From assembly GCF_001194135.2 (NCBI RefSeq), contig NC_068982.1, forward strand, positions 128,586,019 through 128,642,377: DNA of 56,359 nt, given 5' to 3'. How positions within the stretch are numbered: the first letter of the stretch is position 1; each line of letters starts with the position of its first letter. This stretch comes from Octopus bimaculoides. Taxonomy: Eukaryota. Under the pieces are notes generated by a model, which saw only the letters and a program-made list of their open reading frames with translations, was not told the origin of the DNA and did no database searches. The position numbers and the translations under genes are program-made. Below are positions 12,733 to 25,099 of the stretch, piece by piece.

Positions 12733-13751
12733 AAATAAGTTATTTTTTATTAAACATAAACAAGTCTGGGAACCTTTTGATACTACTTTGTAAAGCCACC
12801 TCTCTCAATACAACACTTCAGTCAAGGTGTCTTGTCTTGCAAGTTACTAGGTGACTTCACTCATGCAGGTGCCAAATAAAATTAACCAAGTACACTCTGC
12901 AAAGTGGTTGACATAAGGAAAGGCATCCAACCATAGAAACCAATCTAGAGCAGATAGAGCTTGACACAGTCCTCTGGCTCATTAGCTCCTGGAAAAATAT
13001 CCAACCCATGCAAACGTGGGAAAACAGATGTTCAATGATGTTGATGATGAATAGTTACTATTTTTCAATGGATATGATTTTGGGAGAGATTCTTTCATGG
13101 ATATGATTTATGTTTCACATCAAAGAATCGTTGTAATCATGATTATAAGGTACTTTTTGTATCTTTGTTACCATGCTGTGGAAATAATTATTTAACCCCT
13201 GGTGAACTCTGATCAAGCAAGCCTAGAATCATAATATTGATTTCAAATTTTGGAACAAGGCCAGCAATTTTGAGAACACAGTAATAGGGTCTATTGAATT
13301 AATCATGTGTTATCTCATACCTTTGAGATTTCAATGATGTGATTGCTTATTTTTAGAATGATAAAGTAGGTTAGGCATAAGAGGTCAAATCTGACCAGTT
13401 TGAACCTAAAACAGGTAGAATATTTGGGCCAGATATGACTGGTTTAAATGTGAAAGGGTTAAACCCATTAAAGTTATGAACTATTTTAGTTTCACTTCAC
13501 ACTGCTAATCACATGTGAATTATAGTATTTATATCACAATTTCCATCAAATTATATTTAATTCTTAACAATCTTGTTACTTGATGATTCTAATCTTTAAG
13601 GTATCTTGTTTTAAGTCTTTGGAAGGTGTAGTTATTTCAAGAGGAAGAAATGTGTAGCAAATAGATTGCATTCAATTTTTTGCGTCATGTTTGGGAAAAT
13701 TATAAACCTGTTGAAAAATTGAAACTAGTAAAGTAATTATTGGTTACTTAC

Positions 13752-13784
13752 ATCCATTTGACCCGGGGCTAATTTTTTCTGGGG
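13752..13784 (-). CDS. Candidate 33-nt microexon after the kinase domain
   Basis: Acceptor cttaatttcaaacag, donor GTAAGT, phase 0-0. PQKKLAPGQMD, in frame between the 14879 and 11638 exons. Supported by splice sites and frame only, with no homology evidence. Confidence 0.55.
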
Positions 13785-13898
13785 CTGTTTGAAATTAAGT
13801 AGAAAAGGATATGAATTAGTTTAAAAAAATGAAATTATCACAATTATTTGACAATAAATAAAAAAAGTCAGTGTGTGTGTGCATGTGTATGTATGTGC

Positions 13899-13961
<63 letters not shown>

Positions 13962-14134
13962 TACATGCATACATATATAACTTTTAAGTGACATAACACA
14001 GAACAGAATTATTTAAGTTTTTCTTCTAAAGTTTTTGTTTAATTGTTTTAGAGACCTAAGTTTAAAACGTTTAAATGAAAGAATTAAGTTTTACAAAATC
14101 AATGTGTGTGTGTGTGTGTGTATTATCAACCACA

Positions 14135-14787
14135 CATACTCAATATATGTGTTTTACTTGTTTGCTGCAGTTTAGCACAATGTGGATGACTCCTTCAAAG
14201 CATTGGGTGTTAAAACACTGCAAATCATAGACAGGCAAAACACTTCACCCCTAATCTCATTCAGGAATGATGGATACTGATATTTTGCCATTTTTGAGGT
14301 TTATCAACATCACCTACCTGAATCAAAACAAGGGGTAAACTGAATCGCCAGTCTATGACTGTATACAAATAGTGTTAGAATCATTTGCTGGTATGCCATG
14401 ATTAAATTCAATTATGAATTAAAAGCAGTGCTAGTGTTGTGAACATTATCAACCACACATACTCGATGCATGGTCAGTTAATAATTGAATTTAATCTTAC
14501 GTATGCATCATCATGGCATACCAGCAAATGGTTTTTACACTATTTGTACATATTCATAGACTGGTGATTTAGTTTACCCCTCGTTTTAATTCAGGTTCGT
14601 GATGTTGATAAGCCTCAAAAATGGCGAAATATCAATATCTATCATTCCTGAATGGGATTAGGGGTGAAGTGTTTTGCCTGTCTATAACTTTCAGGTGTCT
14701 TAATACCCAAAGCTTTGAGGGAGTCATCTGCATCGTGCTAAACTGCAGCGTACCAACAAACAAGCAAAACACATACATTGAGTATAT
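14135..14787. repeat. Foldback element (two imperfect inverted arms of about 285-300 bp)
   Basis: About 14135-14420 is the reverse complement of about 14481-14787, e.g. ggcaaaacacttcacccctaat / attaggggtgaagtgttttgcc. Confidence 0.9.
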
Positions 14788-14878
14788 GCATTTGATATTA
14801 AGCTTATTAAAATATTAAAGACCTACATAAGTTTATTCAAAACTATACTTAAATGGAATAAGAAAATTATTTACTTAC

Positions 14879-14924
14879 ATTTAGCCAAGGGTGATTTAAA
14901 GCTTCATCAATAGTCATTCGCTCT
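14879..14924 (-). CDS. Kinase subdomain XI (46-nt exon)
   Basis: Acceptor tttctttatccccag, donor GTAAGT, phase 2-0. (R)ERMTIDEALNHPWLN. Confidence 0.95.
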
Positions 14925-16885
14925 CTGGGGGATAAAGAAAAAAATACCAAACAAAAATTCTTTGTGATAACAAACAAATATTTTGTTAATTTCACTGTTC
15001 TTGATTAAGTTCCATGAAAGCAGAAATTGAGTTGATGTTTTTCTTTATTTTTTTAACATAGATTGTAATTTGCTGTTGTTTTATTATTTATTGCAACTAC
15101 TATCAGAGGAGCTTTGATATGACAACATAGATGTAGGAAGATGGATTAGAGACCAGCTTTTCAAAGCAATGTAAAAATCAGTTCCTTCAATATTTTGAAG
15201 GTTTAAAGTGTTTAACACGAGTTCTCAACATTGAAGAGAAACTAGTCTACTTATAAATAATTCTTTTTGAATTGTAAATCTGGATGCAGCTTATCTCCAA
15301 TCTGAGAAACGCATATCTCAATAGGATAATACAATCCAGCTGGCTCCAAAGACACTGGTATTGGTCTGCATTGGACAGACTTGTACTATTCAGTAAAAGT
15401 GACAAAAGTGACAAAAAAAAAAGAAGAAAAAGGAAGTTGCTGTGGACAGTGGTGAATCCAACATTTCAGCCAGTTCTTCTTCAGAGGAAAGAGATTCAAA
15501 AGAGACATGGAGTTTTACATCCTCTTAGTTGCAGCCAATTTTTCTAACTTTGATGATGTAAAACTTTGTGGTGTCTCATTAATCTCTTTCCTGTCAACAT
15601 TTCCTGTCAACATTTCTGTTCAAAACATTGGATTTTCCATTCCCTACAGCAGGTTCAATAATATGATAGTCCAGTTATTTCCTCTGTGACAGGAATTTAA
15701 CTAAACACAAAAGTGAAAATAAAATTCTAAAATCCCCACTCAGTAATTTTATAACTATAAGATAAAGTTGGTTGGTTCAGTGTTTGGGACCAAAGTGTCT
15801 TTAATGTGGATATAATTTTGAGCCTGTAACAAGATATGAACCACCAATCCAGCCACTGGTCTCTGTAGTTTTCTGTAGTTCTCTGACATCTTGTATAATT
15901 GAATATTAGAATATTGTAGTGGAGTATTTTAAGACACAATGCCTTGCTTTTCTACTATGACTACTACTGCAGCTGCAGCTGCTAGACAGAAATCTTGTAG
16001 TGGCAGCAACAATCATGTTTCAGTGCAGTATATTCATTTTTGTAAATTTTTATTTCATATACAAGTGAAATAAATAGGAAAACAAGAAACCTGAGTAATT
16101 TTTGCATTTTCATTTTGTAATTAATTGATTAATACAAACTAACAATGGAATATTATTGTCTCAGAGATGACAACAATGATATTCATTCAAATGAAAATCC
16201 TAGTTCTAGGATATTGTTACTGTGTCATAAGTGTTAAATAAAAGGGTTGGTGATGGGAAGGGATTCTGCCTGTAAAATACTGCTCCATAAAAAAACCCTT
16301 CCAGCATAGAAAATCAGATGTAAAACATCTACCACCATTACTGCCACACCCAATGATGATTATAGGAAATAACTAAAACAGAATTGCAAGTTTGGCTTGT
16401 TGGGCACCTTGTATTGAATTAAAGATATTTTAGAATGGTATAAGCTATAAATATCTACAAATTATTTTAGGAATGGGGCATGTTCTGAGTAAGGCTTTAA
16501 GTTACATCTGATAGTGGGGCCTTGGTTCAGGAATCCAAGGTTTCAAGGAGTGTGAAACCACTTCTTAACCACTATTGTTCCTAGGTCTACTCTTACTTGT
16601 AGTAGCATCTGCCATGGTTCCATCTATGGGTTCTTTAGCATGTCATTGAAATGCCCCCAGCAGAAAGTCACTCACAGACACCCCCAATGGACCCAGGGCA
16701 GATAAGGCCCTTCAACAAATTAGATGCTCATCTAAGAGAAGATAACTACATACAGATCCTGCTTTCTAGTAACTACTGGGCTTCTGGCACTTGTTGTACC
16801 AGATCATCATAAATTTGAAGGACAAGACTAAATTGTTTCAGTATTGGGTTCTTATGCTAGATGGAGAGACACAATCCACCTATCC

Positions 16886-16890
16886 ATCTG

Positions 16891-16950
<60 letters not shown>

Positions 16951-16999
16951 ATCTGTCTGTCTGTCTGTCTGTCTGTCCATCTCTCTATCTCTCTATCTA

Positions 17000-17059
<60 letters not shown>

Positions 17060-17080
17060 ATCTATCCAGCTTTCTTTCTT
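16886..17080. repeat. (TATC)n/(TGTC)n microsatellite
   Basis: Visible tandem units. Confidence 0.95.
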
Positions 17081-17397
17081 TCTTTCTTGCCTATTATAAT
17101 AATATTCATTGTATAGGTTATTCAGCAAATCAAGATGCCAGAACTAATACCATCACACAGTCTTTATAAGTCTAGTGGTGATAGGGACAGGTGGAGGATG
17201 CTACTGAAAGTTTTCATCTTTGACCCCCCCCCCACACACACACAGGCCCCCATAGGGTGGTTGTCATTTCCCACAGTCCTCCATTATGCAGCTGTGTGTC
17301 ATGCTGGACCCTTATTCATACAAGCAATGAGAGAATCAAACATTTCAGGAACTGAAAAAGAAAGAAAAAGAAAGAACTGGCAGTTTTTCTTTTTTAC

Positions 17398-17550
17398 CTT
17401 TTGTCTTTGACAAGTAGGTTTGCTATGAAATCTTTGGCAATTTCAGATACATTTTCCCAGGCTTCATCATCAAAATCATAATCTATATTGTTAATGTAGG
17501 CAAATGTTTCTTGGTCGTTGTCACCAGCGAAAGGAGAGTAACCACTTAAA
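17398..17550 (-). CDS. Kinase subdomains IX-X
   Basis: Acceptor ttttactctacag, donor GTAAAA, 153 nt, phase 2-2. LSGYSPFAGDNDQETFAYINNIDYDFDDEAWENVSEIAKDFIANLLVKDK(R). Confidence 0.96.
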
Positions 17551-17733
17551 CTGTAGAGTAAAAGATAAAAAGAAAAATATATTTAATAAACAATAGAAGG
17601 AAAAAGGAAAACTAATGTAGTTATTCCTACTTATAAGCACAGAATGAAGGAGTTATCAAAGATAGTTGCAAAATGTTCCTCAAATTACATCCTGCAGTAT
17701 TAAAAAGGGGGATTTAGGGCCTCATCAATATCT

Positions 17734-17792
<59 letters not shown>

Positions 17793-17810
17793 GGAATATN
17801 NNNNNNNNNA

Positions 17811-17872
<62 letters not shown>

Positions 17873-17929
17873 GGAATATAGAGAGGAAAGGGTAAAATCC
17901 TCAAAGCCTGGGAGATGTTTAATCATAGA

Positions 17930-18660
17930 TCTGCTCAGAGCTGATCTGGGGCTAAATGGCAACAATATATCTATAATTGGTTGGCTCAGCTTGAAGAATC
18001 CATTTTGCAATTCTTTCCTGCAAGATTCTAATCACATATCTGCAATACCAGAGCTGTGACTTCTCAATACAGAAAAGAAGCTTCCCCTGGAGAGACTCCC
18101 TGATCTCCAATCTATGTATCCTGTCAGGTAACATTACTCCAGAGACCCATTAAGGAACCTCATTTTAGCTGCTTGCATTCATGATCATACTCTTTTGGAT
18201 ATTACCCAACATTCATGACCATAGGTGAGGATAAGCATGAAAAGTGAATTGAAGATAGGGAGTTTGGCTTTTTATCAATCTCTCCTCTTCTGAGGAACAA
18301 ATGCCGGTGCTAGAGCACTACTGTGCCGGTGCCCGTGATCTTACATCCAATTCACTCTTCTGCTTGATCCCAAAATACTTAAACTTCTCCACTTGTTTCA
18401 GGTCTCAGCGGTGTTCCATTAACATACAAAGTGCATGGGGAAGACTTTACTGAGAAGGTCTATTCACAAGTCAAAAACAAACAGTACTTTGATGCCTGAT
18501 AGAAATAAGACCACCAAAAGCAGCAATATGAAAGAGGTGTTAATCATACCACACCATCCATCATGTAGGCCAAAAATGGACATGTTTGAATCTTATGTAG
18601 AGGGGTCCATTCCAAAAATATATTGCAGTCTGTGCCCAGTGATCACCAATTAACCTGTAA
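17930..18660 (-). mobile_element. RTE LINE fragment related to 6200-7510, opposite orientation
   Basis: Reverse complement contains cctcacctatggtcatgaatgttgggtaat (ILTYGHECWV), matching about 7130. Confidence 0.7.
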
Positions 18661-18754
18661 CTCATTGTGGAAGATGTGGAGTAGGAAAACTAAGGATGCA
18701 TGGTTTCTTATAGTAAAATAAAATTAAAAGGAAAAGCAGTTTATTATAACTTAC

Positions 18755-18954
18755 AGCACATAGGTAACGACACCCAGGGACCACATATCACTGCTGAAAG
18801 AAACTGGTTCAAAGTTAATGATCTCTGGAGAACAAAATTCAGCTGTGCCAAAAAGCACCTTAATTGATTTTCCATCTTCAATTTTCTGAGCCAAACCGAA
18901 GTCAATCAGTTTGATGGCAGTGCTGTCTTTGGTGACACACATGACATTCTCTGG
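18755..18954 (-). CDS. Kinase subdomains VIb-IX (DFG, activation segment)
   Basis: Acceptor ctatttcag, donor GTAAGT, 200 nt, phase 0-2. PENVMCVTKDSTAIKLIDFGLAQKIEDGKSIKVLFGTAEFCSPEIINFEPVSFSSDMWSLGVVTYV(L). Confidence 0.97.
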
Positions 18955-19099
18955 CTGAAATAGTTCAAGAATACAAAATAATAATACCTTGCTAGTGTCA
19001 GTTAAGAATGAGGATGTACTGAAAGCAGAGAAAAATGGAAAATCAAAGAAAGAAGTACAAAAAAGGACACAAAGAATAATTACGCACCAAGGGACTGCA

Positions 19100-19790
19100 C
19101 AATCAATTCTGTGTAGCCACAACAGAAGTTGCTGGAAAAAATAGTTGGGATTGGCTGAAGAAAGAAACATTTAAAAAAGAGACTGAGAGTACTATACTGG
19201 CAGAGCAAGACCAAGCTTTGGCCATGAACTGGAGGGTCAACCTTAGGAATGAGCAAGTGTCTCTACTGTGCCACATCTGTAATAGAGCGGCTGAAATCAT
19301 TGTCCATATCACAAATGAATGCCCCAGACTTGCCCAAAACCACAAGTTGTGGTGACATGATCAGGCAGTGAAAGTGTTACATTGGGAAGTATGCAAAAAG
19401 TGGGGGCAAGAGACGTGGTATGAGCACAAAGCACAGAGAGTAGTGGAGTCAGAGACTAGCAAAATCCTCTGGGATTTCCCAATCCAAACAGATCAGATGC
19501 AAGAGAGCATAACAGACTGGACCTAGTGGTGGTGGATAAGGTGCACCACATATGCAATATATTTGATGTTGTATGCTCCTTTGACCCACGAATAGTCAAG
19601 AAGGAAGGCGAAAAGATAGATAAATACAACCCTCTTAAGTACGAAATAGACCGGTTATGGAAAATGAAGAAGGTAAGGAAAGAGTAAATTATTGTTGGGT
19701 CCTTGGGAACAGTATCAGAAAGCATCAAGTGGAATATAAAGGAAATTGAAATAGAGTGCCTAGTAGAACTGGTACTTATTTTATTGATCT
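19100..19790 (+). mobile_element. 3' part of an R4/Dong-like (restriction-like endonuclease) non-LTR element
   Basis: KETESTILAEQDQALA, CHIC..E.IVHITNEC zinc knuckle, WYEHKAQRVVE and KILWDFPIQTD motifs. Confidence 0.75.
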
Positions 19791-20003
19791 TGAAAGGATG
19801 CAGGATAGGTTGCCCTTGGAAGAATTTGAACTCAGAATGTAAAACTGGAAGAAATGTTACTAAGCATTTGTCTGACAAACTAATGATTCTGCCAGCTTAC
19901 TGCCTTACCACTGCTTAATATTGGAAAGTTTAAAGGAGGAACTTCTAGTTTGGATGGGTAAATATCCTTTCTACAAAGCTGGTTAAAGTTAAAAATGTCT
20001 TAC

Positions 20004-20145
20004 TTTCAAATCAAGATGGATAATATTTTTGTGATGCATGTGTTGGACTCCTTGGCAGATCTGACGCATGTAACTAATGCAGTCTTCTTCTGTGAATGTG
20101 TAGTCATTTGAGATTAAGCGATCAAAGAGTTCTCCACCACTGAGG
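20004..20145 (-). CDS. Kinase subdomains V-VIb (catalytic loop)
   Basis: Acceptor ttttaattttcag, donor GTAAGA, 142 nt, phase 2-0. (F)LSGGELFDRLISNDYTFTEEDCISYMRQICQGVQHMHHKNIIHLDLK. Confidence 0.97.
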
Positions 20146-21476
20146 CTGAAAATTAAAATAAATTCATTTAATTCACCATTTGATTCTCAGTATTCAAAAA
20201 TAATTCTTTTTAGAGAAGTGCACCAGCATAATAAAAGACATTAATTATGGAATAGTATATGAAGAAAATACATATAATATGGAGAGACACTTCTCATGCA
20301 AAGTAGTTAATCTAAAATCAAATAATTTATGTCCAGTGCAATAGAATATGATAGAGGGAAAAGGTTCCAGAAATGCTTGTAATATATTTTAAAAATCAGC
20401 TGTTATATTGGTAACTACTGAATAAATGTATTAAGAATGAATAGACATATTATCGCTTGATTCTCACTGCTCTATGTGCACACCATAAATATATTTTGAC
20501 AGACATCTGTATACCTCAGCATATAAGTTGTTTGTTGATTCCAACAGACAAGAGTTTTTGCGCTTGTAAGATTCATTAGTCTGAAGAAACTTCAACTGAA
20601 GAGACACAAAATGAGGCTGAAACACCACAATGTCTCAAAGTACCCTTACACTGGTGAATCTCATGTGTTATGAATACACATTGCTCATAAGGGAGAAAAT
20701 GTTCTCTGATGATGAAAAACAGCAGTGATCAGATATTTGTATTCAAATCTGCTAGAATGTTTTAAGAATGAAAAGATATGTTATTTGGAGTCTCACTATG
20801 TGAAGTCTATGAATTATTATCTAATGAATCTTTCCTGTATTATGATAGTAAAGTGGGGTTTTAGGAAATTTGGCTGATGTTTCTTACACTTCAACTAACC
20901 ACTCAGTTTTTTTTATGTTTTGTTTTGTCTGAGTGAGAGAACTACTGATTTTTGATTATTACAGTTATTCCTTAAATACAGGGGAAATAGAGAGAAGAGC
21001 CATATAATTGAGATATGAAAAAAAGTGGCATTTAGCAGAGATTCATAGTTTTGCAGCCTTGTTGAATTACAAGATCAAGTAAATGATGTCTATTATCCTG
21101 ATTTGGTGTCACAGTTGGTATCCAGCTGAGGATGAACACTCGCAGAACATGACTTTATTGGCCCATCATATGCCAAACTCCTGAGCATGCTGGATTGGCT
21201 CACAGGCAAATGGATGTGAGTTGATCAATAAGTTAGTGCAATGAAAATTGAGGTGGATTCACAGGTAAAAAGAAACAAGAAGTTATAGTAAATTTACAGG
21301 GTGTATGTGTTTGCTTCTTAGCTTGCCACTTGAAAAATTAACTTTTAAAATTTCTTCTTTGCATTAAAGATTTAAAATCTTATGAAGGCTTTAAAAACTT
21401 ATAAAATTCAATTATTAAAAACTAAAAGACAAGAAACAAAATCTAGGTTTTAATAAGTATTATTAAAAATACTTAC

Positions 21477-21677
21477 AATTCAAGAATCATGACAATCTCT
21501 CCAGGCTGCTCAAAAGCTTCGTGAAGCTGCAAAAGTTTGCGATGATGCAAGCAATTCATGATATAAATCTCATGTTCAACAGCTTCTTTCTCATGTGGTC
21601 TACACTTTATGAATTTTGCTGCCCAAACTTTACCGGTAGCTCTCTCAACTGCCCGATGCACAACTCCAAATGCACCA
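21477..21677 (-). CDS. Kinase subdomains I-V (Gly loop, catalytic Lys, helix C)
   Basis: Acceptor ctttcaatttcag, donor GTAAGT, 201 nt, phase 2-2. GAFGVVHRAVERATGKVWAAKFIKCRPHEKEAVEHEIYIMNCLHHRKLLQLHEAFEQPGEIVMILE. Confidence 0.97.
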
Positions 21678-23584
21678 CTGAAATTGAAAGTAAATTAATA
21701 ATTCTTTCTAATATTAGCAAAAGACCTGAAATTTGGGGGACGGGGTTAATTGTACCATCAACCCTAATATGTGACTGGTATTTTTTATCACTTTAGGAAA
21801 GAATGAAAGGCAAAGTCAGCCTCATAAAAGTTTAAACTCAGAACATAAAGCATCAGAAGAAATGCCATTTTATTTGACACTCTAATAATTCTGCCAGCTC
21901 ACCACCTTTAAAAAAGTAAATTAAATATGATATTAATTATCATCTGAATTAAAATTATTTATTTTAGATTGTATTCATTACATCATAGTATGTCTACAAT
22001 AGGCTAGATATGTTAACACAAGTGATTGAAGAAAACCAGATGATAATGACTTTGTTATTGGTTCTCAAGGTAGAATTGGGGATTATCTCACAAGGAATAA
22101 AATCTTTCCATCACATTGGAAAATCTTAATGGTCATGCTTAATGCTTGATATGTTCTCTCTTAAGAAGAGAAATTTGTCTGATTACTCCAACAAAGAACT
22201 GTCTTAGTTCCAAAGAATTTACTTCACAACTATATCCTATCCTTCTCAAACGCTACAATTTTTCTTTCTCTGTGGAGATATATCCAGTCTATGGAAACAA
22301 CAAAGTGATTAATGCTCAAGGAAGCAGACTCTATGATCTATTAATTATTTATTTACAACTACTGAAAGGCTGTAAAAACATAAGCCACCATCTTCTTCAT
22401 CATCAAAAACATTATAAGCCACCATCTTCCTCATCATGAAAAGCTCAACCTCTTTAGTGACAACCAATATAACTCTCTCACTTTGAGGGTGTCCTTGAGA
22501 AACTTTATGAAAGCAAAATATTTAGCTTTATCTATCAGAAGAACCTCATAGTTGTCTGCCAATGAACTTGCTCAGTCTATAATCACTTGATCAGATGTTT
22601 TGCGTATTAGATTGATCAACATATACCAACAGAGATCTTTCTGATCTTGCTATTTTTAATCCAACACATTCCTACGCAGATGATTCCTTTTCAATCCTTC
22701 TTAACTTTCTGTACACTAACCTCAGCTTTATGCAACCAAAACTCTCATACCACTTTTATATGTCTTCCATTAATATACAGGCCTTGAAATAAGTATTATA
22801 TGGGAGATATGACAAGCAATCCACCTTTAAAAGCACCTATATACAATCATTAAAATATCTAAAATAAACAGGCTTGTGCTACACTTTCCCTATTCATGAA
22901 AATCACTTCTTAGAAACTGTTGATTTCTGCAAATGCTAGACCTCAAATCCCTAACAAAATGTTATAGATGTAAAAATACATCAACACTTGTTAAGCTGTT
23001 CTAAAGCCCGGTGAGAACTAACATTAGAATACTGAAATGGTACTATGCTATAAACAGAAACATCCAAAACAATATTGTTCCTCCAAAATGCCACTCAGTC
23101 CATTAAAATAAACCCACTCACCATCACACTACAACCACTAGTTCAGAGATATACTATTTCTTTGTTCTCTCCTCTACCTCAACACACTACCACAGACACA
23201 CTGTTTTTTTTTTTTGTTGACCCTTTTCTACTTCAACATACACCAATCTCTAATCCAGAGACACATTACTTTTTCAATCTGTCCTTTTTACTTCTCTTAT
23301 AATGCCTTCTGCTCCTCTCAGCTAGTAGGTTACATACCTATACTGCCAAGGTCCCCTCAATACACACATCTCACCATTTCTAGTGTGCCTGAAAGGCAAA
23401 GCACACACTAAGCACATTCCCAATCATTTATTCTCAGAACTGTAAACCAATAACATCTTTTCCTGTCCACATTGATCTCACTAGGCTGGAAGTGTCTTCC
23501 ACTTCTACATTTGAATAAAAAAACATAAATATACAGACAAATCAAAGCTGACATGCAAAAAATAAAGACCAAAGTGGCACTTAC

Positions 23585-23675
23585 CGACCCAATTCTTCAT
23601 AAATAATATATTTACTGAGGACACCACCTATGATTCTATCAGTGTCGAGTGATTTATCTTCCTCATTTGAATCAT
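23585..23675 (-). CDS. Kinase gene, linker and start of kinase subdomain I
   Basis: Acceptor tttgttttattttag, donor GTAAGT, 91 nt, phase 1-2. YDSNEEDKSLDTDRIIGGVLSKYIIYEELG(R). Confidence 0.9.
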
Positions 23676-24124
23676 CTAAAATAAAACAAACACAAGCAAT
23701 GGATTGCCTGACTATAAAACAAGAGAAAAATGACATTCATAGAAATACCAAACTATGTTAAATGCCATAAACCACACATTCCCTATTGCCATACACATCT
23801 GTGTATAGATCAACATTTTCAAACTAATTTTCTTAATGCATAATTGGGGTGGGAAGTGGAGTGAACACAACCTAAGTTTGCAGGGGTTGCACAAAGGCCC
23901 AACATTTTTAGTTTTAATTTTTAAAGTAAAAAGTTCCCCCATGTATTAATCATATGTTTAAAAATTGTTTTTAAAAAGTATCAAGTTATACTCAAGTATA
24001 TAAGTAAGGCTTAACTTCCAAACATATGACCATAATAAGTTGCAGGAATATGTAGAGAGGGAAATATAAAAAGAACAATATTTTAGTTAAACACTTGAAA
24101 AATAAAAACTGTCAAATTACTTAC

Positions 24125-24445
24125 ATAATTCGTCAGAGCTGGTTTTTTCCTTAACTTCTTCATTAATAAGAATTTCACAATGTTTGCTTGGTTCACTAAC
24201 ACCCAATGCATTTTCAGCAAGGACACGAAATTTGTATTTATTATTTCCTTCAGAATAATTTATTGTTGCCTGACAAGTATTCGTTGACATTGCATACCTC
24301 CATATTCCTGTTACCAAGTCACATTTCTCTATAATGTAGCCATTAGCTGAAATTTCAGTGGCTGATTCTAGCTCTGGCCAGCAAATCTCAATTGAATGGC
24401 TTGTTACATTTGTAACAGTTGGTTTCCCAGGAGTTTTTGGTTTCC
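24125..24445 (-). CDS. Kinase gene, FN3 exon 3 (pre-kinase FN3) plus start of the linker
   Basis: Acceptor ...acacag, donor GTAAGT, 321 nt, phase 1-1. GKPKTPGKPTVTNVTSHSIEICW...YKFRVLAENALGVSEPS...KTSSDEL. Confidence 0.94.
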
Positions 24446-24774
24446 CTGTGTTATCACCATAATAATGAAAATAATTAATATAGTCTATTTTCTTAAACAC
24501 TAAATATTTGGGATTGAAAAATCAGAAGAAAAATATTCAATTTACTGCAAAAACAAAAGAAAGATTATTTTTGGTTCAAATATATTCTGTTACACTATTG
24601 AAATTACATTACCATAGGCATGGCAGTGTGGTTAAGAAACTAACTTTCCAACCACATGGTTTCAGGCTCAGGCCCACAGCATGGCATCACGGGTAAGTGT
24701 CTTCTGCTGCAGCCCCACCAATGCCTTGCAAATGAATTTTGTAGGCCAATACATGTTTATGAGAGAAGGAGAAG

Positions 24775-25099
24775 ACCCTCTTCGGTCATGAATGGCCATG
24801 GGATAGTACTTTGAAAATTCCCCTCTGAGGCACAAATCTGAGCAAGGTTGTTTATGGAAGACCAGCAGTCACCCATGCATACCAGCCTCCCCTCTTCCCA
24901 CTACCGATGTTATCCAAGGGAAAGGCAAAGACCAATATAGCTTGGCACCAGTGATATCGCAACTCATTTCTACAGCTAAATGAACTGGAGTAACGTGAAA
25001 TAAAGTGTCTTGCTCAAGAACACAATACACAACCCAGACGGGGAATTGAACTCACTACCTCATGATTGTGAGCCTGACATTTTAACCACTGAGCCATGC
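24775..25099 (-). mobile_element. SINE, same family as 840-1151
   Basis: Alignable by eye with 840-1151. Confidence 0.75.

Noticed and set aside
17726-17878. Tandem duplication around a 10-N gap
   Set aside because: Most likely unmerged contig overlap in a (CT)n repeat, i.e. an assembly artefact.
18955-19170. Hydrophobic N-terminal extension of ORF 18751-19170 suggesting a membrane kinase
   Set aside because: It is intron and antisense retroelement sequence upstream of the real acceptor at 18955-18956.
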